DNA of 64,000 nucleotides from Octopus sinensis (lineage: Eukaryota), in NCBI RefSeq assembly GCF_006345805.1, contig NC_043009.1:60140001-60204000 (forward strand). Reading direction: 5' to 3'. A program made the translations under genes and the position numbers. The notes beneath the pieces are model-generated. The model was not told where the DNA came from, did no database searches, and saw only the letters and a program-made list of their open reading frames with translations. Of the stretch, positions 1 through 13,390 are shown piece by piece. The first letter of the stretch is position 1, and each line of letters opens with the position of its first letter.

Positions 1-43
<43 letters not shown>

Positions 44-59
44 GCATACATAGATGTAT

Positions 60-2100
60 ATACTGCATATCCTCCCCTATTCTATGAAGAAGAATATCCA
101 CAAAGCATCTGACAGGATCGACACAAGATGGTCAATTATTAAAGTGGGTATCATCAGAATAATGCAGTGGAAAGTGTATTTTCACAACCACTAAACGATT
201 TCACTAAAATCTATGTTCATGTAAACATCTAAAACTAACCACCTTGGATTCAATTATTCCGTAACGCTGAAGCAAAACCCTTAGAGATACCTTGGTCGTT
301 AAGATTTTTTAAAATATTGTAATGATTTCCAAGAAATACTGTAATCAGACATCATAACTTTTAAGAACTCTAACGAAACCTTCACATTTTAAGACAAGAT
401 GAAACATTTATACAAATTCTATGAAGACGGGATATGCTATCAAAAAAAGAAAACTCTCAAAATTACAGAAAATTTAACTCAAATACCTATGGTGATATTT
501 ACTATAAAGCAAAATAAATATCGTGGCACCAAATTTATATAAGGAAATGCAGTGCTTAACGTACTTTTTGTTTAACTCTTAAGAACAACAAGAATATCAG
601 TAGAAAACATAGTGCAGGCTAATAAACCTTGTCAGAGTGAGCTTGCATAAGTTAGCAAACACTGCATTACTGATATATTTCAACGATACCACCAACTGCA
701 AATTTACCCAATTCGATATTGTCGAATTCTAGCCCTCACTTTCAAAGACACGCGTTACAAGGACCTTGAAATTTGGAAAGGCGTTTTACGACATTACGCA
801 TACCAACTGTCGCTAATTTTTATCAATAACTCATAGAAATATTTCGTTAACTCAACAAATGAAAAAGAAGCCTATGAAGGAATCCATAGATTAAAGGATG
901 TAACCTGCTTTCTCTTCAGTTTTTCCCTACTCACCAGTCAAACGGAATTTTAATTTTGAAATTTACGTACTTGTTCGTCTGAATGAATTGTGATATTTTG
1001 TAACTGAAGCTTTCTATCAGGCTATCAAGCATTGGTGTTCACAAGAACTCGATGTATTCAATTTCTATCTCCACTTATTAAAACGATATGATAAACGTCG
1101 CCCTTTTCAAGCCTAGCTAGGCTCATGGGCCCGGTTTTCCGGTTTCTGTGGCGTATGTGTTACCCCAGCTGGACGGGACGCCATTCCACCGGGCGTTGTG
1201 TATGTTTATTGAGCGAAAACACCTAAAAAAACTTCACGAGGTTCCGGCAAGGGGTGGTGGCGACCCCTGTTGTACTCTTTCGCCCCAACTTTCTCTCATT
1301 CTTTCTTCCTGTTTCTTGAGTAATGCTGGGGGGAACACATACTCCACAAAAACCGGTTAACCGGGCCCATGAGCCTGGCTAGTCTTGAAAAGGGCGAAAA
1401 GAAAAGAAAGAATATGGTTTATTAGACCATTACAGTAAATCTAACATTACCAAGAATTTCTTAAACCTAATTTAAAAATAATTTGAATGAGACACAAATA
1501 TTCCAAATTGTTCAATCAGATATATTTATTAGTTATCGTGACAAAGAACAGAATGTACGGAATATCGTGGCATTTAGTAAGAGCCTTTACTACCAAAGAA
1601 TTTCAGAGACTCGGTGAATAAATCGTCAAAAAACCATGAGAATAATACAAGATGTAAACCGACGCTTCAGAGGACATAAACTACAACTGCTAAAGTAGAA
1701 GGTTATGTACTTTCAGTGACTTATGTAAGACTGAAACTGTAATTTAGTTAGCCATTGTTTCCGTTCCCAGAGATACAGAACCTCCGATATGGTATATCAG
1801 AATACGCGAAGGTAGTCTCAAACGTCAGTAGTTAAACCAAAATTCCACATTTCTACATAATGTTCACAAATAAACATTGCACCATTTTCAATACATATAT
1901 AAGACTGGAAGGAAAAACTGCGCTGAAATTTTAGAATCATTCGGTCTACATTGAACTTCTGCAACATCAGCTTCATGCATCACAATTGCGATAAATTTTT
2001 CTGGCTGCGAAAACTGATAAGACAAAAGAAATCGGAGCTAACTAGTAACTGCTGCCAAAAGAATTAATACTATCTTGAGAATTCTGGGCAAACTATAGAA
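60..2100 (+). mobile_element. Degraded Penelope-like retroelement (RT N-terminal part plus GIY-YIG endonuclease), middle missing and interrupted by SINE pieces at 1099-1396
   Basis: Manual translation across stops and frameshifts: CKFTQFDIVEF*PS (697-738; PLE RT motif FDIVxFYPS), YSKSNITKNFLNLI (1431-1472), YIRIREGSLKR (1793-1825; YIG half of GIY-YIG) and KSELTSNCC (2029-2055; PLE C-terminal KRSELxSKC). Confidence 0.7.
1099..1396. mobile_element. Two head-to-head truncated family-B-type SINE pieces
   Basis: 1099-1183 is the reverse complement of a SINE 3' end (tggcgtcccgtccagctggg...aaaagggcg). 1188-1396 is a 5'-truncated forward copy ending in the same tail. Confidence 0.8.
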
Positions 2101-2334
2101 ATATTAAAATAGATCAAAGAATGTTAAATATATACATATGTATATATGTGTGTGCATACACACACAAGCACCCACACATGCATGCATGTATGTATGTATG
2201 TATGTATGTATGTATGTATGTATGTATGTATGTATGTATATGTGTATATGTGTATGTATGTGTGTATGTGTGTGTATCTATGTATGTATGTATAGTGGTT
2301 GGACAAAATAATGAAACCACTTTTTAGTTAACTA

Positions 2335-3293
2335 CTAGCAGCATAGCCCGGCGTTGCCCGGGTATGTAAGAGCCCCTAGTAGGCAACGACTAATCCCAAT
2401 CTAGTCCTTTCCCTCTAGGGAACGAAGGCGCATGTGTAGGTTGCAATGTCTTCTCTTCACTCGAATACTTCTGTGTATACGATGTTCTTAGCTGTCCCTT
2501 TGGGCGAAAACATAAAATCATCATTGCGCCTCCCAACGCGTGAACAGCCCACGTAGAGTTGACCGTGGGCGAAGTACTGTTCGCCCAACTGTAACCCAGC
2601 GACTTGTAGCGTTTGGCCTTGGGATTTATTGATGGACATTGCGAAGCAGAGTTTAACAGGAAACTGAGAACGCCTGAAGTGGATTGGTAGGTCAGCGCCC
2701 GACGGTTGAAGGTGCATGCGTGGAATGAAGACGTCCTCTCCCTTCCCACAACGGGTAAGTATTGTGGCTGTTATTAGATGTGGTGGCAAATGTTTCACAA
2801 CCAGACGTGTGCCGTTGCACTGTTTAGGTGGAAGCAAATTCCTGATGAGCATAATGGGCGCACCGACTTTTAACTTCAGGATGTGTGGCGGCAGGCCTGG
2901 CGGTTCAAGTGAATTCAGGAATTCAACAGGATAATCGACAAGCTCGGCGGGGTCTGCTGTCCTATCAATAGATTTGTAGACGTGGACATCAGCAGGAATA
3001 GCTTCAAGTAGCTGGATATTGATGGAGATGAGAGTTAAAAAGGTCGAGTTGCGTCCCCTAGACAGTGTGTGGTTTGTGTTTCTGATTCTCGACCCCATGT
3101 CGAATTTATCGATTCTGTTCAGAACTGGGGGAACTTTTCAAAATTTTCGCTGCGTTAGTTTTGAATTATGGCATTTGGCTATGTTTGTGTCAAGTTTCAT
3201 CAGAATCGGTTGAAAGCCGTGGTCAGGGTGAGAGTACAACCTGACAGACACACAGACACACAGAAGACAAACTGCCGTTTATATATAGAGAGA
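2335..3293 (-). mobile_element. Non-autonomous Helitron (959 bp) retaining the helicase C-terminus
   Basis: On the minus strand it starts A^TC (3293) and ends CTAG^T (2335), with subterminal hairpin cccgg-cgttgc-ccggg (2347-2362) and no TSD, as expected for Helitrons. Confidence 0.92.
2457..3098 (-). CDS. Truncated Helitron Rep/Hel PIF1-family helicase C-terminal ORF (213 aa; first ~20 aa come from the non-coding 5' module)
   Basis: Contains YPVEFLNSLEPPGLPPHILKLKVGAPIMLIRNL, CNGTRL, QFPVKLCFAMSINKSQGQTL and HGQLYVGCSRV, which are hallmark Helitron/PIF1 helicase motifs. Confidence 0.9.
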   Translation of the reverse strand: MGSRIRNTNHTLSRGRNSTFLTLISINIQLLEAIPADVHVYKSIDRTADPAELVDYPVEFLNSLEPPGLPPHILKLKVGAPIMLIRNLLPPKQCNGTRLVVKHLPPHLITATILTRCGKGEDVFIPRMHLQPSGADLPIHFRRSQFPVKLCFAMSINKSQGQTLQVAGLQLGEQYFAHGQLYVGCSRVGRRNDDFMFSPKGTAKNIVYTEVFE

Positions 3294-3333
3294 TTTTTCT
3301 ATTGACAATGTGATAAATGCCGAATTGTTCTAA

Positions 3334-3636
3334 TGTTTGTTCCTTCTCGAGCCACGCCTGGTTCATAAGGCCCAGATTCCCGCTTTCCTTGGCGTATAGG
3401 TTCCCCACCTGGACGGGACGCCGGTCCGTCGCAGGTGAGCTGCAAGATGCAGGAGGAAAGAGTGAGAGAAATCTGTGGCGAAAGAATCAGCAGAAGTTCG
3501 CCATTACCTTCTGCAGCTGCCGCGTGGAGCTTAGGTGTTTCGCTCATAAACGCACACATCACCCGGTCTGAGATTCGAACCCGCCATCCCTCGACCGCGA
3601 GTCCGCTGCTCTAACCACTAGGCCATGTGCCTCCAC
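3334..3636 (-). mobile_element. tRNA-derived SINE, family B, full length
   Basis: Head with A/B-box-like tggcctagtggttag / ggttcgaatc. Near-identical copies at 8441, 25393 and 30512. Possible degenerate 12-bp TSD at 3323-3334 / 3639-3650. Confidence 0.9.
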
Positions 3637-3814
3637 TTAACTGTTTTAATCTATATACATGAGCGTGTGTGTGTGCGTGTATGTGTGTGCGTGCGCGTGT
3701 GTTGATATGCATTATGTATGACTTGTACTTCGTGATATAACACTCCGTTTTCCATATTTTGCTGATAAATTTAAATAAATTAAATTTTCGCCTAAGCTGA
3801 ATTTCGAAAGAGTA

Positions 3815-4560
3815 GAAATCGTTGGATCAATGATGGATGAAGCTTAAATTGCTGAAGTGTTCAATCTTTTCAGGATATATTCTCTAAAATTATGCTGTCA
3901 TTCCAAAACCAAATCTGGAAAACATGATTCTGTATGGAAGGCAAAGGTCGTAGAGAGGAACCTTAGAATAGTGAACCGTATTGTATCTAAAAATCATCAG
4001 ACTAGGCCAGCAAGAGTTAGAAGAGTTAAACTACTACCCTGCCAAACTTTTTCAAGTTCGTCGTGAGTCCTGTAAAGCCGGATAATTTGGAAGAGTTGCA
4101 ACACTGATAAGGAGAAGTGGTCAACGGATCAATGGAGTAACACCACCTTCTCTGATGAATGATCATGCACCCGGTTTCCACACTTTGAAGCGAGTTTATG
4201 TGTAAACTGGTCAAGGAAACCTTCAACTCATGATTGTTTGGTTTCTACTGTAAAGCGTTGAGCTAATTCTGTGATGATTTGGGCAATAATATCATAGAAT
4301 TTTGAAGGCTCGTTGATTGTTCTATATATAAAGTTAATACCATGATGTGTTTGTCTTTATTCCGGCTGATAGTGTCTATTCTATGGTACAAACATTGTTT
4401 CTGATTGTCGTGCAGCTTTTAAGGATGATAATACACCGACTTATACGGCGAATATAATTCAATATAATGTGAAGTTGACCACTAGGATAAGTCTCCACAA
4501 TCACTGGATCTCAATGTCATCGATTTTTGTGGTGAACTTTTCAGCAGCAAATGAGTAGCC
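3815..4560 (+). mobile_element. Degraded Tc1-family transposase relic
   Basis: RIVSKNHQT (N-terminal region), FSDE (4148-4159), SVMIW (4268-4282), KDDNTPTYT (4421-4447) and PQSLDLNVI (4495-4521) match Tc1 DDE motifs; many stops and frameshifts. Confidence 0.8.
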
Positions 4561-5110
4561 TCTTCCCTCTACCACTGTCATCGAAAGAAATAATACAGAT
4601 TTTGCGAGAACAACAAAAAAATTGAAAAAAGACTTACTCAATTTGTGTTTACGTGAAATATTTACATCACAGAAAATTAGCGGTTCGATAAAAATAAAAA
4701 AGACCGATAGAATGAGTATCAAAATTAAAAGTCTCTTATACGACCACACCTCGGTATATTTAAAGCTGTGAACGATACCTGTGATGGATCAAACCCGTAT
4801 TACATAAAACTTCTATTCAGCATTATTTTTCCCAAGGCCTGTACAAATACTTATGCGTCTTCAATTATTTAAACTCTTTCAATTTTCCTATTTTTGAAAC
4901 ATTCTGCTGAGGAAAAATAATAGAACACACACGCATGCGCGCACACACACACACAATACAAACACATGCACAAACACACGCATGATTTATTCATATATAT
5001 GTATATATATATATATATGACATAAATATATGCATCGATATACTGATACGTGAATATACTTACGTTTATGTGTGAATGAGTATGCAAGCAGGTATGAGTG
5101 TGTGTGTATA

Positions 5111-5151
<41 letters not shown>

Positions 5152-5329
5152 GATATAAATACATACATGCCGACACATGCATATATTTGCGTTTATGTAT
5201 AAATATATTTATGTGTGCGAGTGGGTCTTGAAGAAATGTCATATATATATACACCCATTTTTATATAGATGTATGTATTAGAATTATATATATATATATG
5301 TACACACGTATACACACACACACACACAC

Positions 5330-5413
<84 letters not shown>

Positions 5414-6459
5414 CATACGTACACATTTAAGTACATACATTTAAACACATACATAAGAATTTAGAAAGCCATATAAAGTAAGTTTTTTCGCGCTGTATGG
5501 CTTCTTCAGATGATTATTAGTTATTTCTATTGTTGTTGTTATTAATCTAATGTAAATAAGACCTTACACAAAGCAACTTCTCAAAACTGCTTTAAATACA
5601 ACCGGATTTCACTGAAATTATTTTAAAAAGATTTTTTTCCGTAACCTACATTTGAACAATCGAATGAAGAATAGAAGATTGTAAGATTACTTGGAAACAG
5701 AATATTTTTATTTTCTTTTAGCATACGTGGCTTCAGCTTTTAGAAACTGTTTACGAACATGTCTCATCATCTTCCTATCTTTTCTATAGTTATTATAATG
5801 GTTTATGTTCTTCAAAGTTGTCTTGTCTTTTCCTCCTTCCCTTAGGCACGCACAACCCATTCGTCCCTGCAACTCTCGTCAATTTTGGTGTGTCCAACTC
5901 CTTGCCTTCCGTTCGAAAAGGAGTCTCCAGTCCTTCTTTCCCAGAACATCAGCCATCTTGAATCACCCTCTCTGCTTATTTCTTGCTGCCGTTGATTTGC
6001 TTTAATTTTAATAGAACACCAATGTCATCAATCTCACCGGTACCACTGCATCTGAAAATATCATGGGTTCTGTCCCTTCACCTAGATTCTCGCAAGATAT
6101 GTATGTATCTATGTGTATGCATTAATGTATCTATGGATGTATACACATATGTATATATGTTTGTATGTATGCACGAAGGAATATTCTCCTCTCGTATTTT
6201 TTTTAAAGTCTTCTCGTAATGGAGTTGGTTTCTAACAGAGATACAAAGCTCCTTTGCTGGAATATAGATAAGGAAAACACTGTTACATTCTGAACTTGAG
6301 AAAAGTCTTGCATATTTTTATTGTTTCACTCACAGATTGTATTCATAACAGTGTGTTAGCTTGCTGATTTCTTTTTCTAAAAACTCTAGCTTTTCCAAAT
6401 GGTCACCTACGTATTTACTCACAAAACGAAATGCACCAATTAATATTGGTATGTGTGTA

Positions 6460-6856
6460 AGGCGGCGAGCTGGCTGAAACGTTAGCACGCCGGGCGAAAT
6501 GCTTAGCGGTATTTCATCTGTCTTTATGTTCTAAGTTCAAATTCAACCGAGGTCGACTTTGCCTTTCATCCTTTCGGGGTCGATAAATTAAGGACCAGTT
6601 ACGCACTGGGGTCAGTGTAATCGACTTAATCCGTTTGTCTCTCCTTGTTTGTCACCTCTGTGTGTAGCCTCTTGTGTGCAGTAAAGAAATAGGTATTTCG
6701 TCTGTCTTTACGTCCTGAGTTCAAATTCCGCCGAGGTCGACTTCGCTTTTCATCCGTTCGGGGTCGATAAATTTAGTACCATTTGCATCCTGGGATCGGT
6801 CTAATCAACTAGCCCCCTCCCCCATAATTTCAGGCCTTGTGCCTAGAGGAGAAAAG
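6460..6856 (+). mobile_element. Family-A SINE heterodimer (tail type 1 monomer plus headless tail type 2 monomer)
   Basis: Junction aaagaaata|ggtatttcgtctg at 6692. An 18-bp direct repeat aatattggtatgtgtgta (6442-6459 / 6857-6874) flanks the whole dimer. Confidence 0.9.
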
Positions 6857-6910
6857 AATATTGGTATGTGTGTATGTATGTATTTATATATGTATGTATC
6901 AATCTAGCCA

Positions 6911-7266
<356 letters not shown>

Positions 7267-7364
7267 GATTGTATTGTATTTCATCATTTGAATTCTTCCT
7301 CTAAAGGAGCTGGTTTCTAAAAAGATACAAAGCTCCGTCTTGAAACGTAGATAACGAAAACAAA

Positions 7365-7395
<31 letters not shown>

Positions 7396-8440
7396 GGACA
7401 GCGAATAGGCTGCATTGATAGAGCCTCGGATAAAGTACTAAATAGTGTTCGTTCCGTCTCTCCCCTCTGAGTTCAAATCGAAATGAGATCAATACTGCTT
7501 TCTTTTCTAACAAGGTCGATAAATGAATCATAGGCCCGGTACTAGTTTTATTAGTATGCTAATATAACTGCAATCCAATATAACAAAATGTGTGCACTTT
7601 AACTGAGAAAATGATCCTCTTAAAGCACAGCAAAATATTATAGCATTTGCACACACACGCGCGCATTCATTCATAAGCGCGCACATGCGCAATACGTGCT
7701 TGCGCATGTGTACAGATAAACTTTTAAATAAACGAGAAACGACGTATATATCATATTAAAATAAACGTACATATTAATAAAAAATACTGATTTAAAACCT
7801 CTAGAAGAGAGAGAGGTTGGATAACGAAATATATATATATCGTGACATTTCTTCATTGCGAATATTTCAAGTTTTCTATAGGCGCTCTTAGATCAAGTTG
7901 CCTGCCAAGCAAATAGAACTCCGAAATAGTTTTAACAAATACTAAATTATTTATATGTTTATTCCAATTCTAATTGGTTAGTTGCTGAGATAATATCTGC
8001 AGCTGTTAACAGTGCTTACTATTTGATATTTCATTATCTATAATTGTCATCTCTGTAAATCATAGGTTTCGCTTTCTACTTTAAATAGTACGTACGAATT
8101 ATTCTGTCACAATAATACCATACTACACCTGTTAGTACCTCATTCATACAGTGCAAATGACAGGGAACATAAAATATAAACTGTGTCTGTGCGTATTGTG
8201 CGCGTATTATGAGTACAACTGGTTCAATGTGGGTGTATATAAGTTTTATCTTTTAGTCGGGAAACAAGTCATTACCTTTTGAACAGCCTTCTAATAGTAC
8301 AGAGTCTCAAGATTTATGGAAAGGAAGTGGGGAAGAAGATAACTTTAAACCGGAGACTTTTGTTATACCCGAATGCTTGCAAGAGAATGAAATCTACTAC
8401 AGGCATTCAAGAGTCAGGTATAGGTATTAAACCGGGCGAT

Positions 8441-8692
8441 TGTTGTTTGTTCCTTCTCGAACCACGCCTGGCTCATAAGGGCCGGTTTCCCGGTTTCTTG
8501 ACGTATAGGTCCCCCACCTGGACGGGACGCCGGTCCGTCGCAGGTGAGCTGCAAGATGCAGGAGGAAAGAGTGAGAGAAAGTCGTGGCGAAAGAGTCAGC
8601 AGAAGTTTCGCCATTAGCTTCTGCCGGAGCTGCGTGGAGCTTAGGTGTTTCGCTCATAAACACACACATCGCCCGGTCTGAGATTCGAACCC
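8441..8692 (-). mobile_element. Family-B SINE, 5'-truncated
   Basis: Matches 3334-3636 and stops just past the B box, abutting a (TA)n tract. Confidence 0.9.
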
Positions 8693-8700
8693 TCTAATTA

Positions 8701-8739
<39 letters not shown>

Positions 8740-8869
8740 TATATATATATACATATATATAATTAGATACATAGATAGACAGACAGACAGATAGAGAGAA
8801 TGATATAGATATTGTAAAGATATTGATATAGATATTTAGTTTTGACGAATAACAGTTACTGAGAGAAAA

Positions 8870-9560
8870 ATCGCTTTATTCGGCCATAAAAATTCAATTC
8901 CACAATACGCTGGACAAGTTTAATATTTCCGTATTTATTGCAAATGACAGGCTGGCAGCCTTCAGCTAAATTATACCATAGTGCTCCTGGACAGTCGCAA
9001 TAATGAATTTTTAGTATTCACCGGTGCTTGAAAAAAATTTGGTCTCTTCTGTGCTTCCTGTTTCTTGTTGAACGACGAGGAATTTCAAGTGAATAAGAAG
9101 TGGTTTTCTATTTAATAATCTGATCAGCACTTCATTGCTTCCCTCATATGCTTGCTGAACCTGTCGTCCATGGAAGAACCATAGCTAGGGCTGGATTTTT
9201 CAACACATCCACATCGTGGTAAGCACCAATAATACTCATTTCAGTAGGATCAGTGTGTTGTCGATTTCCTCTTGTTCTATCTTCCAAATGGATTATGCCT
9301 TAGACTGAGGCGGTGTCAGTTCTGCCGTTAGGGTATTTGATACGAACCCATTGGTGGTAGATTAATATAATCGATCTTTGTTTCATATTTGTTACTATGG
9401 CTAAACCATCTTAGCAAAATTTATCCAAGTCAACCAGTTAATCAGGTAAAATCTATTTTGTTGATGAACGGCATTAAAAGTTAATTAGCTGTACTTCTCT
9501 TGAAAGCTTCCTTAATATTACGTTAAGTGACAACCCACTTCAGTTTCGATATAAATTTCT
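8870..9560 (-). mobile_element. Probable Mutator-like (MULE) transposase relic
   Basis: Minus-strand translation LWFFHGRQVQQAYEGSNEVLIRLLNRKPLLIHLKFLVVQQETGSTEE resembles the MULE C-terminal W..HG...TNN..EG.N motif. Heavily decayed; recognition only. Confidence 0.45.
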
Positions 9561-9672
9561 CAAGAAGTCTTTGTCAAAAATGATGGACATAGATTTTGAA
9601 ACTGATGAATTTCTAATATAATCTCTAATATTATTCTCTTAATATATGTCAATAGTACGCTTGGCAAATATA

Positions 9673-10192
9673 CACTGGCGAAAATAAATTTAAGACCGAT
9701 GATAAACTATTTTGTTTACTAACACCATACAAATTATTTTTGTCTTTTGCACCTTATGCAGAATTTATTTCTCTTTCTCTTTCTAAAACAATTATTCGAT
9801 TATAACAACGAAATATGGCAAAACATTCGCATAGAATTTTATAATCACTTAGCGAATTCAATATCGAGGGGTTGTTCAGCCGTTATTACGGCACAAAGTA
9901 CTAATATGTATTTCGTTCTTGTTGTTCATTTTTACGATAATCTTAAGTTTTAAATAAAATTATAATGATATTTTCTTAAACTAATTTTGCCGGTAAATTT
10001 GAAACGTTTATATTAATTTAGCATTAGAATTCTTCAAGTTGTATAAAAATAGTTATTGTCTGCATTATTCGAAAGAGAAAGAAATTCTGCATAAGGTATA
10101 AAAGACAAAAATAATTTGTATGGTGTTAGTAACAAAATATTTTGTAAGAAATTGAACTTTTATCACCGGTCTTAAATTTATTTTCGCCAGTG
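9673..10192. mobile_element. Tc1/mariner-type MITE (520 bp) with ~100-bp TIRs
   Basis: TA|cactggcgaaaataaatttaagacc ... ggtcttaaatttattttcgccagtg|TA. The inverted match continues to about aaattctgcataagg, with one indel. Confidence 0.88.
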
Positions 10193-10550
10193 TATATCCA
10201 AACCGCAAACTTACGATCACGAGCCATAGCTTGTCTTACATCAGAATTTTTATAATTACTGAATGTAGTTAAAATTTGGAATGCGTTCATAATAGTGCAT
10301 TGGAAGAACCATTAACATGAACTTAATTTTTAAACAAATTCTTCAATGCTTTCTGAAAAGGTTCAAAATAATTTTACGATTAAACTTGTAAGGTATATAG
10401 GAGTCAATTACTTAACTTTTTTTCTTTTTTGAAATTCCCATACAAGCTTTGACGATTTATTCTATGTTTGTATGCGTGTGTACATACCTGTATGCGTCTA
10501 CGTATTTATGTATGTATGTATGTATGTATGTATGTATGTATGTATGTATG

Positions 10551-10581
<31 letters not shown>

Positions 10582-11234
10582 GAATGTATGTATCTAGGTA
10601 GGCGTATATGTTTTAAAATATCTAGGTGTAGTCATTATATTTAGAAAACAATGCTTTAATTTAAAAGTTAATAATCACATAATTTTTTCTTTTTTCTTTT
10701 GAAAACCAATTAATATAGGAAAACTATGTCTGACAAAATCTGCTGCTTTAAAGAATTTCATATAATTACTATCTTTTAATTAAAAATGATTAATTACACA
10801 AAAAATTTTGAAAGCTGATTAATGAAAAAAATTCTAACCTAATAGAAGGCTGTGCTAATCGGAAGTCTTAAAATATGTTTTTTTTTATATCTAAATAAAT
10901 CATTTTTTTTTTAATAATCTTTTCTAACATATACATATATCTGTGTGGAGTTGCGTGTGGGGGGGTGATTTTCTTTCTATGATATACAGAACCTAAAAGT
11001 ATACAACAGAACCTGTTATAGAAATGGACAAGCAAAGCCGGTTTCACTCATTAGCGATTATGGCGATATTCATTAAAGCTGAGTCGATTGGAGCGACGTG
11101 AAATGAAGGGCTTTACTCAACGTCACTACGCGTCACACACTTCAGGATCTGAACTCACGACCTTATGTTCACGATCAGAACACTCCTACTATCGAGTGAG
11201 GCTGCTCATGTTTATTAGTGTGCATATGTGATGC

Positions 11235-11345
11235 AAATTGCGATTTTATTCTCAAAAGATACTTCAATCACAGAACATCAGACTAAACACGCCAGTGGAT
11301 ACTTGTATAGATATTATACATCTATATATTATATATTATACACAA

Positions 11346-11404
<59 letters not shown>

Positions 11405-11430
11405 CATCTATATATTATATATTATACACA

Positions 11431-11517
<87 letters not shown>

Positions 11518-11624
11518 CGTATGTATTGTGTATAATATATAATATATAGATGTATAATATCCACTGGCGTGTTTAGTCTGATTTTCTGTGATTGAAGTAT
11601 CTTTTGAGAATAAAATCGCAATTT
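11235..11624. repeat. Fold-back inverted duplication with microsatellite core
   Basis: Arms ~11235-11370 and ~11500-11624 are near-identical reverse complements (12-bp indel). Visible as the same peptide MRFYSQKILQSQ.IRLNTPVD on both strands. Confidence 0.92.
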
Positions 11625-11629
11625 ATATA

Positions 11630-11910
11630 TATATATATATATACATTCCGTTCTGTCTGTCTGTCATTTGTGCGCTTATGTTCATCCGATTGTTCATCCG
11701 ATTGCGCTGAAATTTGAAACATGGATACATGAGAGAGCAGGGCGTTCCGTAATCTAAAGAGATTTTCAAAATTGTCAGTTTCAAAGTGAGAATCGCTATT
11801 TTTGTAATCCTTATGGCCTGTCCATCGGATGAATAAAACTTCCATAATACCGTCCAAGTTAACCCTCTTCACCTATACAAATCGTCAAATGGACGAGGGG
11901 CGTTTGCTAA
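11630..11910 (+). mobile_element. Non-autonomous Helitron-like element ending CTAA
   Basis: Starts in (TA)n with cgttctgtctgtctgtc, like 39640 and 23564. 3' hairpin tcgtc/gacga (11882-11896), then gggcgtttgCTAA^T. Confidence 0.6.
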
Positions 11911-11964
11911 TATATATATATATATTATACGTTACACTATATATGATACATATGGCTTCATGAC

Positions 11965-12240
11965 TTCATGCTCTTGCATGATGGGACTGGGATCCTTCCA
12001 GGTTAGTGGTCCCAGAGATGTCATCATGCGTAAACCCAACCAGGTCCACCACAGCTCTCTATCGCTGATGGTCCCGTGCCAACCTCCTTACACCTTCCAA
12101 GGTGACGTCGAGCCTCTTGGAAATCTTCCCTAATCACATCCAACCATCGATTGGGGCGCCTGCTACAAGGCCCCGTCCTGCCTGCGGCTGGTACGACGAA
12201 TAAGAGTAAAGCCCTAGTAGGATGATCTAGCGAGAGAGGG
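11965..12240 (-). mobile_element. RTE-clade LINE 3' fragment
   Basis: RRPNRWLDVIRED resembles the RTE C-terminal GRP..RW.D...D motif; short repeated tail catgaagtcatgaagc. Confidence 0.55.
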
Positions 12241-12681
12241 AGGACATGCCCGAGAAAGTCATGAGAGAGAGTGGATGTGTGCGTATATATGTCTGCGCAC
12301 GCGCGTGTGTTTGTACGTGAATTATGGAATAACATTTTTCTACGAAAATTGGTCTGGATAGTCTTAATTATAAGCCATTACGATTCTGCCAAAATCTCAG
12401 TTTTCTCATTTTTGCCCCACTCTTTTTCAACACATTTTAAGATTTTTAACATTTTTTAATAACATATTTTAAGACTTCCAGCGATTACAATCTAGAATTG
12501 GTGATTTTTTTTTCTTATTTTCTTAATTTCAATATTTTAAATTTCCGTCACGCCCTTCTCCGTTTTTCATTATTCACAATAGAAATAATGAACGTAATTT
12601 ATATTCAATAATGGAAGAATTAACATGGTAATCTTGAGTTTCATCTATAAGTATATATATATTATACATATATATATATAC

Positions 12682-12740
<59 letters not shown>

Positions 12741-13157
12741 TATATACATACACTCATATATATATATAAAGAGGTGGAGAGAGAGGAAGAGAGGGAGGGA
12801 AGGTTGTGAGAGCGCGTTAGAGAGCGGGGAGATACACAGGTGTATATATGAAAGATATATATACCTGTAAGTATATTTTTGCGTATATATACATATATAT
12901 TGTATTCTTGTGTGGGCATATTTATGTATATATCTATATATATACATGTATGTATATGTGTACGTATATATACATATATATTATATGTGTGTGTGGGCAT
13001 ATTTATGTATATATCTATATATGTGTGTGTGTGTGTGTGTGTGTATAATTATATTTTTTATTTTATTTTATTTTATCTAGTTTCAGCTCACGAGCTGTGG
13101 CTATGCTGGGGCACCGTCATTTTATATATATATATATTGATATATATTGATATATAT

Positions 13158-13390
13158 TATTTCTTTACTACCCACAAGGGGCTAAACACAGAGGGGACAA
13201 ACAAGGACAGACAAACGGATTAAGTCGATTACATCGACCCCAGTGGGTAACTGGTACTTATTTAATCGACCCCGAAAGGATGAAAGGCAAAGTCGACCTC
13301 GGCGGAATTTGAACTCAGGACGTAACGGCAGACGAAATACGGCTACGCATTTCGCCCGACGTGCTAACGTTTCTGCCAGCTCGCCGCCTT
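13158..13390 (-). mobile_element. Family-A SINE, full length
   Basis: Matches the family-A consensus; 15-bp TSD atatattgatatata (13142-13156 / 13391-13405). Confidence 0.92.
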
